Part shown: piece after piece, positions 10,262 through 20,018 of the stretch
Layout: every line of letters starts with the position of its first letter
How positions within the stretch are numbered: position 1 is the first letter of the stretch
Assembly (NCBI GenBank): GCA_028709045.1
Contig: JAQVXR010000001.1
Coordinates: forward strand, 31,221 to 95,220
DNA length: 64,000 bases
Direction of reading: 5' to 3'
From: Desulfitobacteriaceae bacterium
Lineage (GTDB): Bacteria; Bacillota; Dehalobacteriia; Dehalobacteriales; Dehalobacteriaceae
The notes under the pieces: generated by a model
What the model saw: the letters and a program-made list of their open reading frames with translations, nothing else
What the model was told of the DNA's origin: nothing
Database searches by the model: none
Position numbers and translations under genes: made by a program

Positions 10262-11236
10262 ATGAAAATAGGTGTACCTCGGGCCTTACTTTACTATTAT
10301 TACTTTCCTTTATGGCAAAAATTGCTTCTCTGCCTGGGACACGAGGTAGTTGTTTCTCCTGAAACAAATAAAGAAATTGTTGACCTAGGTGTAAAAAAAT
10401 CGGTACCAGAAATTTGTGTCCCTATAAAAATTTTTAATGGCCATGTGGAAAACTTGCTCAAGAAAAACGTAGATTATCTATTTGTACCCCGGATGGTATC
10501 GGTGGAAAAGGGGTGTACCTTTTGTCCTAAATTTTTAGGGTTACCTGATATGGTAAGGAGCACCTTTCCGGAACTGGAAGGAAAGCTTATCAGTCCCAAA
10601 ATAGAGATGAATAGTGAAATAATTGCGGAACCTCATTGTTATCAGGAACTGAAAGATGTTTTAAATCTAAGTGATAAGGAACTTCGCAAGGCTCTAAAGG
10701 TTGCAAAAAAACACTGGTTAAAATTTCGCAGTATCAGCAAAAAAGGTTATCTAATCAGCGAGGCCTTGGATTTGGTGGATCAGAAAACCGTGCCGCCTTT
10801 CGAAAATCAAGGAGATATTACCATTGGCCTGATTGGATATGTTTATGATATCTATGATGAATTTGTCAGCATGAATGTTGCCAAGAGGATGAGAGGGCTA
10901 GGTGTTAATGTTGTAACTTTTGAAATGCTGGAAGAAAGAATTATTGATCGGGAAGTAAAACAAATGAGTAAAGTTCTTTTTTGGACTTTCTCTAATAAAA
11001 TATTTGGGGCAGGAATGCATTTTTATAGAAACAAAAGAGTTGATGGAATTATTCATATTACGGCTTTTGGCTGCGGTCCGGACAGCTTGTTAGGGAAAAT
11101 GTTGGAATTGGATTCGGAAAAATTCAACAAACCTTTTATGACAGTACGGGTTGATGAGCATACAGGTGAAACCCACCTGCAAACACGGATCGAAGCATTT
11201 ATTGATATGCTAAGAAAGAAAAAGAAGAAGGGGTAA
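10262..11236 (+). CDS. DUF2229-like protein (CoA-enzyme-activase-associated domain), paralog 1
   Basis: C-terminal motifs HITAFGCGPDS and VDEHTGETHLQTRIEAFIDML match paralog 2. Same operon as a BcrAD/BadFG ATPase. Confidence 0.75.
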   Translation: MKIGVPRALLYYYYFPLWQKLLLCLGHEVVVSPETNKEIVDLGVKKSVPEICVPIKIFNGHVENLLKKNVDYLFVPRMVSVEKGCTFCPKFLGLPDMVRSTFPELEGKLISPKIEMNSEIIAEPHCYQELKDVLNLSDKELRKALKVAKKHWLKFRSISKKGYLISEALDLVDQKTVPPFENQGDITIGLIGYVYDIYDEFVSMNVAKRMRGLGVNVVTFEMLEERIIDREVKQMSKVLFWTFSNKIFGAGMHFYRNKRVDGIIHITAFGCGPDSLLGKMLELDSEKFNKPFMTVRVDEHTGETHLQTRIEAFIDMLRKKKKKG

Positions 11237-11240
11237 AGCT

Positions 11241-12344
11241 ATGAAGGTATCCTTCCCATATATGGGTACACCGATTGGTTATAAAAAGATTGCTGCTCTT
11301 CTTGGGCATGAGGTGATTGACCCCCCTAAGCCTACCCAGAGAACTATTGATTTAGGTGTCAAGTATAGCCCGGAGTTTGCCTGCTTTCCCATGAAAGTGC
11401 TGCTGGGAAGCTATATTGAGGCAATCGAACTTGGTGCCGATACATTAATTTCCTCCGGTGGACATGGACCCTGTCGGGCGGGATTTTATGGCGAAGTCCA
11501 ATCCAAAATTCTCCGGAGTATGGGCTATGATGTGGATTTAATCATCTTTGATTCTATAAAAAGAGACTTTTTAGGTTTTTATCGTAAGGTAAAAAAGATT
11601 AAAGGCAAGCACTCCTGGAGGGATGTTTGGTATACTCTCAAGTTTTCCTATCACACGATAAAGATATTGGATTTCCTGGAACAACAGATAGAGACGGTGC
11701 GCGCTTATGAAGTGCATAAAGGACAGTCCACCAAGGTTTGGGAGATGATCGAAAAGAAGATAGACGGTGCCTATAGTGATGCAGAGCTTGACCGGGTAAA
11801 AAAAGAAGCCCAGGAAATGATTGATGAAATAAAATTGGTCCAGGTGCCGGAGGAGCAAAAGATTCGGATTGGTATTGTTGGAGAAATTTATGTTGTTATG
11901 GAATCCTCTGTTAATATGCGGGTGGAGGAGAGACTTGGTGAATTAGGCTGTGAGGTTAGAAGATCCCAGTATCTGTCCGAGTGGGTAGATTTTAATCTAA
12001 TTCCGGCCCGTTTCAGCCCGTCCCGAGAACCTGAAATTTTGCGCAAGGGAGAAAAATATATTGAAATTATTATCGGCGGCCATGCCAAGCAAAATATGGG
12101 TGCCATTGTGGATTATAAAGAACAGGGATTCGATGGGATCGTCCATCTTATGCCCTTTGGTTGTCTCCCGGAGTTAATATCCCAAAGTATTATGCCAAAA
12201 GTGTCGGAAGATCTTGATATCCCGGTTTTAACTCTCTCATTAGACGAACAGACAGGAAGAGCAAACAGCCTAACCCGTCTGGAAGCTTTTGTAGATTTAA
12301 TTCGGACCAGGAAAAACGGCAAGTGCATTATCCAGGTCAGCTAG
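11241..12344 (+). CDS. DUF2229-like protein (CoA-enzyme-activase-associated domain), paralog 2
   Basis: HLMPFGCLPE and LDEQTGRANSLTRLEAFVDLI parallel paralog 1. Starts 4 nt after the previous stop. Confidence 0.75.
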   Translation: MKVSFPYMGTPIGYKKIAALLGHEVIDPPKPTQRTIDLGVKYSPEFACFPMKVLLGSYIEAIELGADTLISSGGHGPCRAGFYGEVQSKILRSMGYDVDLIIFDSIKRDFLGFYRKVKKIKGKHSWRDVWYTLKFSYHTIKILDFLEQQIETVRAYEVHKGQSTKVWEMIEKKIDGAYSDAELDRVKKEAQEMIDEIKLVQVPEEQKIRIGIVGEIYVVMESSVNMRVEERLGELGCEVRRSQYLSEWVDFNLIPARFSPSREPEILRKGEKYIEIIIGGHAKQNMGAIVDYKEQGFDGIVHLMPFGCLPELISQSIMPKVSEDLDIPVLTLSLDEQTGRANSLTRLEAFVDLIRTRKNGKCIIQVS

Positions 12345-12355
12345 GAGGAAGGAGT

Positions 12356-13318
12356 ATGAAAGGGGTTTATTTAGGGATCGATGTAGGTTCCGTTACTACA
12401 AAAATTGCTGCTATTGATGATCAGGCTGGGATGGTTTTCACTAGGTATATCAGAACAAATGGTCAGCCCCTGGAGTCGGTAAAACAGTCTTTACGAGAAC
12501 TGAGAAACGAACTTGGGGAATTGAATGTACTAGGAGTAGGCACCACGGGAAGCGGCAGGCAGCTGGTGGGTATTATGGTAGGGGCGGATGTGGTAAAAAA
12601 TGAAATTACCGCCCACGCCACAGCAACTGTTTTTCAGTATCCCAAGGTGCGGACAATTTTTGAAATCGGCGGGCAAGATTCAAAAATAATTGTGGTGCAA
12701 GACGGTGTGGTGGTGGATTTTGCTATGAATACTGTCTGCGCTGCGGGAACCGGGTCTTTTTTAGATCATCAGGCTGAACGATTAAAAGTTCCTATTGAAC
12801 AATTTGGAGAACTGGCATTAAAAGCAAAAAAAGATGTGCGTATTGCCGGTCGGTGTACGGTTTTTGCTGAATCCGATATGATTGCCAAACAGCAGTTCGG
12901 CTTTTCCAAAGCAGAAATAATTAAAGGCCTTTGTGAAGCCCTGGTCAGAAATTACATTAATAATTTAGGCCGGGGGAAAAGACTGGAACCGCCTTTTGTC
13001 TTTCAAGGCGGGGTTGCGGCTAATCAGGGAATTCGCGCTGCTTTTGAGAAAGAAATGGGGTGCGAAATTATTGTCCCTAATCATGCAGGAAACATGGGCT
13101 CCATTGGGGTGGCATTAATTGTTCGGGATTATATTCAGGAAACAGGCGTTCCGACGAAGTTTCGCGGATTTGATGTGGCTGAACTGGAATTTGTTCCGTC
13201 CAGTTTTGAATGTTCAGGGTGCTCCAATCACTGCGAAATTGTCAAGGTGGAGTTAAATAGTAAGATGATTGCTGCCTGGGGTGACCGGTGCGGCAAGTGG
13301 ACTAATAACACCATTTAA
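12356..13318 (+). CDS. BcrAD/BadFG-type ATPase (CoA-substrate-specific enzyme activase family)
   Basis: LGIDVGSVTTK and GGQDSK (ASKHA fold); C-terminal Cys motif CSGCSNHCEI...C. Start moved to ATG 12356 behind AGGAGGAAGGAG (track start 12323). Confidence 0.85.
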   Translation: MKGVYLGIDVGSVTTKIAAIDDQAGMVFTRYIRTNGQPLESVKQSLRELRNELGELNVLGVGTTGSGRQLVGIMVGADVVKNEITAHATATVFQYPKVRTIFEIGGQDSKIIVVQDGVVVDFAMNTVCAAGTGSFLDHQAERLKVPIEQFGELALKAKKDVRIAGRCTVFAESDMIAKQQFGFSKAEIIKGLCEALVRNYINNLGRGKRLEPPFVFQGGVAANQGIRAAFEKEMGCEIIVPNHAGNMGSIGVALIVRDYIQETGVPTKFRGFDVAELEFVPSSFECSGCSNHCEIVKVELNSKMIAAWGDRCGKWTNNTI

Positions 13319-13395
13319 ATTAAGAAAACAGTCCGGAGTATGGACTGTCAGATTGTCGATCGTTTTAAATTATGAAGGGTTCGGTGTGGTTCAAA

Positions 13396-13425
13396 AGGAA
13401 AAAAAGACAGCCTTAGGCTGTCTTA
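13396..13425 (-). terminator. Intrinsic terminator of the TGS-kinase gene
   Basis: agacagcc-tta-ggctgtct hairpin; on the minus strand it is followed by a T-run of seven. Confidence 0.75.
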
Positions 13426-13428
13426 AAA

Positions 13429-15096
13429 TTAACAGGTAAGAAAGCAGCTTCCGCCACAAAATTCTCTTAAAATGGAATTTAACGGGACGTTTTCCGGGGA
13501 TATCGGAATAATATATTCTAGAAAATAAAGCAATCTTTTCGCTTCTACGTATTCCGGAACCCAGGAGGGAAGTTTTTCCAGCTCCGGTTCTACCAGTCCC
13601 TTCAAAACAGCCAGTTCATAAGCCAGTGCCGAGTTAAAAATATAATCTGCATCTTCTTGGTAGGGGAAGATGTTTTTTTCTTCTCCTCTGCGTACGGAGA
13701 TCCAGCGTTTCAAGGTGTCCTGGACACTGGTACCTCTAAACTGGAGGTCTCTTGCCATCCGACGGATGAGGCGGGTATCGGAACTGGGAATAGGATTGTA
13801 ATCGTCAATACTCAACTGGGTAAGAGCACTTACGTAAATCTTCCTTTTATTTTTCTGACTAATTGAAGCAGTGAGCATTTCATTCAGACCGTGGATCCCT
13901 TCTACAATGAGAATTTGGTCCGGCCCTAATTTTACCCTGTCACCGTTTGGAATACGGCTTCCTGTTTTAAAGTCATAAAGGGGAATGGTAACTTCCTTTC
14001 CGGCAATCAATTCTTCCAGGTGTGTGTTAAACAATTCTAAATCCAGGGCATTAATATGCTCAAAATCGTATTCACCATTTTCATCTCGGGGGTTAATTTC
14101 TCGATCAACAAAATAATTATCCAAGGAAATGGCTACCGGTTTAATCCCGTTTACTCGAAATTGGATGGATAAACGCTGGGCAAAGGTAGTTTTCCCTGAT
14201 GATGATGGGCCGGCAATCAGTACGAGGCGTATGTCCCGGTTAACACAAATATCATTGGATATTTTGTGCAAATTTCTTTCATGCAGTGTTTCCGCGATTT
14301 GAATGATATCGCTTTCCTGACCCGATTGAATCAATTCATTAAGCTGGGCAAGCTTATCTACCCCCACCAGTTCTCCTCTGCGCTCCGATTCACTAAATAC
14401 GGCGGCCAGTTTTTTTGGTTCTCTGTAAGGAGAAAAACCTGTGGGGTTGTCCTTGTCCGGAACAATAAGAATAAACCCTTTATCAAAGGGGCGAAGTTCA
14501 AAATATTTTAAACAACCGGTATTGGGAGCCATTGGCCCAAAAAAGTAATCGGTTACCGGTCCACAGGTATAAAGGTAAACAGTATCTCCAGGTTTATATG
14601 AGATGAGTTGGGCTTTTCCCGGCCTGTGACAGCTGAGAAAATATTTTTGGGCATCATCCCGGGATACTTCCCGCCGTGTAATAGGCAAATTCAATGCCAC
14701 CAGTGACTGCATCTCTTCTTGAATCCGAGCTATATCCATCGGGGATAAGGTCGGCTCCCCCCGCAATTCACAATAAGTTCCCTTGGCAAGAGAGTGCTCA
14801 ATTTTTAATTGATGATGGGGAAACAGGTTGGAGACAGCTGCCAGAAGGACAAAATTAATACTACGCTTGTAGATTCTTAATCCGGCATCGGTTGTCAAAT
14901 CCAACCATTGCACAATACTATCCGCATAGAGGGGGTAAGTTAACTCTTGCAGTTCGCCGTTTACCAGCGCTGCTGCTGTGGGAATTACATTTTCTGACAA
15001 CTTTTCCAATACTTCTTGTAAGGTTGTACCTCTGGGGATCTGGTGGATGTCAGCGTCTATTTTCACCTGTATTTTCTTTAGGGTGGGCATACTCAT
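13429..15096 (-). CDS. TGS-domain / uridine-kinase-family P-loop kinase fusion
   Basis: Central Walker A LIAGPSSSGKTTFAQRL in a uridine kinase/PRK-like C-terminal half; ~280-aa N-terminal extension beginning with a TGS-like segment. Confidence 0.8.
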   Translation of the reverse strand: MSMPTLKKIQVKIDADIHQIPRGTTLQEVLEKLSENVIPTAAALVNGELQELTYPLYADSIVQWLDLTTDAGLRIYKRSINFVLLAAVSNLFPHHQLKIEHSLAKGTYCELRGEPTLSPMDIARIQEEMQSLVALNLPITRREVSRDDAQKYFLSCHRPGKAQLISYKPGDTVYLYTCGPVTDYFFGPMAPNTGCLKYFELRPFDKGFILIVPDKDNPTGFSPYREPKKLAAVFSESERRGELVGVDKLAQLNELIQSGQESDIIQIAETLHERNLHKISNDICVNRDIRLVLIAGPSSSGKTTFAQRLSIQFRVNGIKPVAISLDNYFVDREINPRDENGEYDFEHINALDLELFNTHLEELIAGKEVTIPLYDFKTGSRIPNGDRVKLGPDQILIVEGIHGLNEMLTASISQKNKRKIYVSALTQLSIDDYNPIPSSDTRLIRRMARDLQFRGTSVQDTLKRWISVRRGEEKNIFPYQEDADYIFNSALAYELAVLKGLVEPELEKLPSWVPEYVEAKRLLYFLEYIIPISPENVPLNSILREFCGGSCFLTC

Positions 15097-15310
15097 TTTT
15101 TGCAGGCCTCCTTTGTAAACATTAATAATTCTACAAATACTTAAAAAGTCCTTCCTATAATAAATTATGGGATTAGATAGAATTTGGCAAAAGATAAAAT
15201 GTTTAATAAGTATAATTCTCTAGGAATAAAAGGAGATTAGATGAAAGCGTTTAATGTTTAAAACATGGTGGCTGCATTATCAGGAAGGCATGAAAAAACA
15301 AGAGGTGAAT

Positions 15311-15339
15311 TAAAAAAAGCACGGTTAGCCCGTGCTTTT
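15311..15339 (-). terminator. Intrinsic terminator of the small membrane-protein gene
   Basis: gcacgg-ttagc-ccgtgc hairpin; on the minus strand it follows the stop codon directly and precedes a T-run. Confidence 0.75.
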
Positions 15340-15589
15340 AATCAATTCTTTCCGCATATGCTTTGTCATTGTTGATCCTGATAATACGGTAGACCTGATT
15401 GTCGGCAGAAATGTATTCATCTCCTACGGAAAGAAAGGTGGAAGTGTGGGTGAGTGTCCGATTGGTAGAGGCATCTACCAACCAGTAACTGGGGTCAGGA
15501 GGCGGAGCTTTAGACTGAAAACGAAAGATTACCGGAACAGCCAGTGCCAGAAACAAAATAGGCAGTATAATACGGATATATTTTTTCAT
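15338..15589 (-). CDS. Small N-terminally membrane-anchored protein, unknown function
   Basis: MKKYIRIILPILFLALAVPVIF anchor. Start moved to ATG at 15589 behind GAGGAG (track start 15655). Confidence 0.6.
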   Translation of the reverse strand: MKKYIRIILPILFLALAVPVIFRFQSKAPPPDPSYWLVDASTNRTLTHTSTFLSVGDEYISADNQVYRIIRINNDKAYAERID

Positions 15590-15718
15590 GCTTATACTCC
15601 TCAAGTTTATAGTTTTGGCACCGGTAGTTTTGCCCAATGACAATATATTATTCATCTTCCTTGATCCCTTACGTGAAACTATCCTGAAAAAGTGACATTT
15701 ACTTATTTCAAATCTCTC

Positions 15719-16834
15719 TTAGATTAAATTTTCCGGGTTTAGGGAATCCAGTTCGGGAATGATGAACTTACCGTTTTTTCGCACCAGGTTATCATCAAAG
15801 TAAATTTCCCCTCCGCCGAATTCGGGACGTTGAATACAGACTAAATCCCAATGAATAGCGGATTTATTTCCATTAAAAGCGTCTTGATAGCAAGAGCCTG
15901 GGGTAAAGTGGATGCTTCCCATAATTTTTTCATCAAACAAAGTGTCCTTCATTGGCTGAAGAATATAAGGGTTGACGCCAATGGCAAACTCTCCGATAAA
16001 TCGTGCGCCCTCATCAGTATCAAGCACTTGGTTAATCTTCGTTGAATCATTGGCGGAAGCCTTGATGATTTTTCCATTTTCAAATTCAAAGCTGATATTT
16101 TCATAAGTAAATCCCTGGTATACAGCAGGAGTATTATAGGAAATTTTCCCTTGAACGGAATCTCGCACCGGCGCAGTGTAGACTTCACCGTCCGGAATGT
16201 TAAGATGACCGTCGCATTTAACCGCGGGAATGTCTTTAATGGAAAAGGACAAGTCAGTTCCGGGACCGGTGATTCTGACCCGGTCGGTTTTATTCATCAA
16301 GTTAACAAGGGCGTCCATCGCCAGGGACATTTTGACGTAATCCAGGTTGCATACCTTAAAATAGAAATCTTCAAAGGCATCAGTACTCATTCCGGCCAGT
16401 TGCGCCATAGAATAATTAGGATAGCGCAGTACAACCCATTTTGTTTTGGCAACACGAATCTTATGATGTACCGGTTCAAGATAATATTTCATATAAAGCT
16501 GCATTTTATCCATTGGAACAGTGCTCATCTCAAAATTGTTTTCCCCTGCTCTAAGGCCGATATATGCGTCCATGGCTTCCATCCGAGGTATTTCCCACTT
16601 GGCAAGTAACTCCATTTGTTCTCGAGAAGCGTTTTCCAATAGTGTTCGGTTGATTTCCTGATTTTTTATGGAGACAAATGGTATACCGCCGGTACGATAG
16701 GATTCCTTGATTAATTCTTTAGTCAGTGGAAGTTCCCATCCGGTTGTTTCAATTAAAATTTTTTCTCCAGGCTTGAGGCCAACAGAATAATTGATTAGAT
16801 TACCGGCCAGAGCTTGAATGCGTGGGTCTTTCAT
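15719..16834 (-). CDS. Aminopeptidase, M29 (AmpS/PepS) family
   Basis: Full-length resemblance to thermophilic metalloaminopeptidases (MKDPRIQALAGNLINYSVGLKPGEKILIE). Inner ATG at 16834 has AAGGAG 9 nt upstream. Confidence 0.85.
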   Translation of the reverse strand: MKDPRIQALAGNLINYSVGLKPGEKILIETTGWELPLTKELIKESYRTGGIPFVSIKNQEINRTLLENASREQMELLAKWEIPRMEAMDAYIGLRAGENNFEMSTVPMDKMQLYMKYYLEPVHHKIRVAKTKWVVLRYPNYSMAQLAGMSTDAFEDFYFKVCNLDYVKMSLAMDALVNLMNKTDRVRITGPGTDLSFSIKDIPAVKCDGHLNIPDGEVYTAPVRDSVQGKISYNTPAVYQGFTYENISFEFENGKIIKASANDSTKINQVLDTDEGARFIGEFAIGVNPYILQPMKDTLFDEKIMGSIHFTPGSCYQDAFNGNKSAIHWDLVCIQRPEFGGGEIYFDDNLVRKNGKFIIPELDSLNPENLI

Positions 16835-16975
16835 CTTTTCACTCTCCTTCATCGGGAATTATTCCCAAAGCAAAAACATTTTAACAAAAAGAGTCTAAAA
16901 AAACAAGGGAGGGTTTTTATCGGTGCATTTTTAAAAAAATTGTAATATAATTATGATAAAAAGGGAGAGGATAAT

Positions 16976-17317
16976 GTGAAAGGACTAATTGTTCGGTGGA
17001 TTCTAAATGCGGTAGCTTTGTTAATAACGGCGCAACTAATTAATGGGATGGAGGTAAGCGGGCTTTTATCTGCTTTAGTTGCAGCAATGGTTTTAGGCGT
17101 GGTTAATGCAGTGATTAGGCCAATAATTTTAGTCCTGACACTTCCAATTAATATTGCCACCCTGGGCTTGTTTACCCTGATTGTCAATGGGTTTATGTTA
17201 AAAGCGGTAAGCAGCGTCGTAGTAGGTTTTCAGGTGCAAGGATTTTGGGCAACCATAGTTGGTGCTCTTTTATTGTCAATTTTAAGCGGAATATTATCCA
17301 TGCTGGTTAGAGATTAA
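16976..17317 (+). CDS. Holin-family-IV-like (DUF360/YvlD) small membrane protein
   Basis: 113 aa with about four TM segments; WILNAVALLITA...VNAVIRPIL pattern; GTG start behind AGGGAGAGG. Confidence 0.7.
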   Translation: MKGLIVRWILNAVALLITAQLINGMEVSGLLSALVAAMVLGVVNAVIRPIILVLTLPINIATLGLFTLIVNGFMLKAVSSVVVGFQVQGFWATIVGALLLSILSGILSMLVRD

Positions 17318-17357
17318 GTGATTTAATGCGTGGTTAAGTATTTTTTAAAAAGTATGA

Positions 17358-17392
17358 TAAAAACGGCAGCTTGTTGTAGGCTGCCGTTTTAC
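17358..17392. terminator. Bidirectional intrinsic terminator
   Basis: aaacggcagc pairs with gctgccgttt; A-run upstream and T-run downstream; lies between convergent genes. Confidence 0.8.
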
Positions 17393-17408
17393 TACTTATA
17401 TAAAATTG

Positions 17409-17978
17409 TTATAAAAAATAAATGCTGCCGTTTTCCAGTTTAGCAATCCGAGCAAGGGACTCTACGCGCACACCCTCATCTCTCAGGGAATTGCCTCCAT
17501 CTTGAAAGGCTTTTTCAATGACGATCCCAACACCTACCAAGGTAGCACCGGCTTGATGCACTATCTCAATCATTCCCCGAGAGGCTTCACCTGTTGCCAA
17601 AAAATCATCAATTACCAATACCCGGTCATTGTTGTTGAGATAATTAGCAGAGACCATAATATCAACATCTTCTTCCTTCGTAAAGGAATGGATCCGGCCG
17701 AAATAGGCTGTGTCGGTCAGTGTTGAGGGACGCTTTTTTTTCGCGAAAACTACGGGAACTCGCAGGGCTAGGCCGGTCATCAAAGCAACAGCTATTCCTG
17801 ATGCTTCCAGGGTTAGTACCTTTGTAACCTTGCTCTGGGCAAACCTTTTGGCAAATTCGGTACCGATGGCCTCCATCAAGACAGGGTCTATTTGGTGATT
17901 GAGAAATGAATCCACTTTTAGAATTTGATCGGAAATTACCTTGCCTTCATTTAATATTTTCTGCTTAAGCAGTTCCAT
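17409..17978 (-). CDS. xpt: Xanthine phosphoribosyltransferase
   Basis: MELLKQKILNEGKVISDQILKVDSFLNHQIDP is a typical Xpt N-terminus; PRPP loop VLVIDDFLATG. Start at 17978 behind AGAGAGG. Confidence 0.88.
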   Translation of the reverse strand: MELLKQKILNEGKVISDQILKVDSFLNHQIDPVLMEAIGTEFAKRFAQSKVTKVLTLEASGIAVALMTGLALRVPVVFAKKKRPSTLTDTAYFGRIHSFTKEEDVDIMVSANYLNNNDRVLVIDDFLATGEASRGMIEIVHQAGATLVGVGIVIEKAFQDGGNSLRDEGVRVESLARIAKLENGSIYFL

Positions 17979-17997
17979 GATGTCTGACCTCTCTTTT

Positions 17998-18930
17998 TTA
18001 GCGTTCTTCTCTATCGTAAGGAAGTCCAAGGGCACCAGGCGGACTAACCCGGTGTGACTTTGTTTCTCGAGTAATTAAAATCAGAACAATAATTGTACAT
18101 ATATAAGGAAGCATCTGCAAAAAGAAGGGAGAGATGTCAATTCCTCTGGTCTGAATCCGAAAACCTAAGGCGTCTACTCCACCAAAAATATAAGCACCAA
18201 GCAAGCACTTTATTGGATTCCAGGTGGCAAAGATAACTAGGGCTACGGCAATCCATCCCCGGCCAGCAGTCATGTTCTCCAGCCAGGAAGGAGCATAAGC
18301 CAGTGATAGGTAAGCTCCTCCTAATCCTGCTAACATTCCGCCAAATATAACGGCAACATAACGAATTAAGGAAACGTTTATCCCAACTGCATCTGCTGCT
18401 GCCGGATTTTCCCCAACTGCCTTTAGATTTAGGCCCCAACGTGTTTTATATAAAACCACAGCCAAAACAATTACTATAAGGTAGCTGAGGTAAACAAGGG
18501 CATCATGTTGAAAAAATATTTCTCCTATATAGGGAATTTTACTCAGAACGGGAAAATCAAACGGCTTAAAAGTAGTCGGAGCGGGAATGCCGATAAGCGA
18601 TTTTCCCATAAAACCGGAAAGGCCGGTTCCAAACATAGTCAGGGCAAGGCCACTCACAACCTGATTGGCTCGGAGGGTGATTGTCAAAAAAGCATGAATT
18701 AGAGCCGTGGCTCCTCCGGCAATCATGGCAGCCAATACTCCTATCCATGGGTTCTGCACATAGGCATTAATCATAAACCCTGTGACGGCGCCGACCAGCA
18801 TCATTCCTTCTACGCCAAGATTAAGATTGCCTGCTTTTTCCGCTACCATTTCCCCTAGGGAGGCAAAAAGAATGGGGGTTCCTGCTGTTACTGCCGTGGC
18901 AAGCATGGAGACAAGAAAAATATTTTCCAT
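17998..18930 (-). CDS. BMP-type ABC transporter permease (NupQ/YufQ-like)
   Basis: Polytopic permease in an operon with a BMP lipoprotein and a double-cassette ATPase. Confidence 0.85.
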   Translation of the reverse strand: MENIFLVSMLATAVTAGTPILFASLGEMVAEKAGNLNLGVEGMMLVGAVTGFMINAYVQNPWIGVLAAMIAGGATALIHAFLTITLRANQVVSGLALTMFGTGLSGFMGKSLIGIPAPTTFKPFDFPVLSKIPYIGEIFFQHDALVYLSYLIVIVLAVVLYKTRWGLNLKAVGENPAAADAVGINVSLIRYVAVIFGGMLAGLGGAYLSLAYAPSWLENMTAGRGWIAVALVIFATWNPIKCLLGAYIFGGVDALGFRIQTRGIDISPFFLQMLPYICTIIVLILITRETKSHRVSPPGALGLPYDREER

Positions 18931-20018
18931 TATGCACCCTCCTTTGCTGTCGGTTTACTCTTTCCTTTACCAAATTTCAGGTCATAATTGGTAAGAAGCT
19001 GTCCGCCCAGAATAAAAAAGAGAATTGTACCTTGAATCATATTCACGGTAGCAGCAGGAAGCCCCACTAACTGAGTTGCATAGCCCCCAACCAAAAGACC
19101 GCCGAAAAGAAAGGATACCACTGCCAGGAGGGCAGGATGAAGTTGACCCAGCCAAGCGATAATAATAGCGGTGTATCCGTAACCGGGGCTTAATCCGTGC
19201 TGTAGTCTCCCTGCTACGCCGGACACTTCCGCCATTCCGGCAATACCTGCTAACCCACCGCCAATAAATAAAACTAAACAAATGTTACGGGCAATGTTCA
19301 TTCCGGCATAACGAGCGGCAGCAGGGCTTTCTCCGATTACTCGCACCTGATAACCCCACTTGGTATAGCCGATAAGCACATAGATTATCACTGCTGCTAC
19401 AATTGCAAATAACAGCCCCAGGTGGATTCTGCTATTTCCCAGGGTGGGGAGTAGAGCGCCTTCCGTAAAGGGGGCTGTCATAGGAAAATTGAATCCGTTA
19501 GGATCCTTCCAAGGGCCGTAAACCAAATAATCGAGCCATAAAATAGCTATATAGTTCATTAAAAGAGTGGTAATTGTTTCATTTACCTTAAGGTAGGCTC
19601 TGGGAATAGCCGGGAGCAGCCCCCAGATGCCTCCGGCGAGAAAGCTCATAATAAACATAAAAGGAATCATTAAATATGCCGGCAGATTTGGGAAGTTCAG
19701 TGCTACCCAAGTTGCTCCAAACGCACCCATATAAAACTGACCTTCTGCGCCAATATTCCATAACTGCATGCGAAATGCTAAGGCAACTCCCAATCCGCAA
19801 AGCATCAAAGGAATCGCCTTAACAATGCTTTCCGTTAAGCCATAGGATGTGCCGAAAGCACTGGAGAAAAGCATGGCGTAAACTTTTATGGGATCAAAGC
19901 CGGAAAGTAACAGAAAGATTCCGCTGACGAAAAGAGCCATTAAAATTGATAGTATGGGAATTACCACCGACATCATCCGTGATGGGGCAGCCCTTTTTTC
20001 CAGTTTTATCCTCATCAT
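18930..20018 (-). CDS. BMP-type ABC transporter permease (NupP/YufP-like)
   Basis: Polytopic permease; translationally coupled to both neighbours by overlapping stop/start codons. Confidence 0.85.
   Translation of the reverse strand: MMRIKLEKRAAPSRMMSVVIPILSILMALFVSGIFLLLSGFDPIKVYAMLFSSAFGTSYGLTESIVKAIPLMLCGLGVALAFRMQLWNIGAEGQFYMGAFGATWVALNFPNLPAYLMIPFMFIMSFLAGGIWGLLPAIPRAYLKVNETITTLLMNYIAILWLDYLVYGPWKDPNGFNFPMTAPFTEGALLPTLGNSRIHLGLLFAIVAAVIIYVLIGYTKWGYQVRVIGESPAAARYAGMNIARNICLVLFIGGGLAGIAGMAEVSGVAGRLQHGLSPGYGYTAIIIAWLGQLHPALLAVVSFLFGGLLVGGYATQLVGLPAATVNMIQGTILFFILGGQLLTNYDLKFGKGKSKPTAKEGA

Noticed and set aside
16151-16609. Long antisense shadow ORFs: 16151..16609 (+), 21689..22177 (+), 41184..41726 (-), 57203..57646 (-), 61680..62105 (-), 6122..6490 (-)
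   Set aside because: Each lies wholly inside a confidently assigned gene on the opposite strand. They lack RBSs and have atypical composition.
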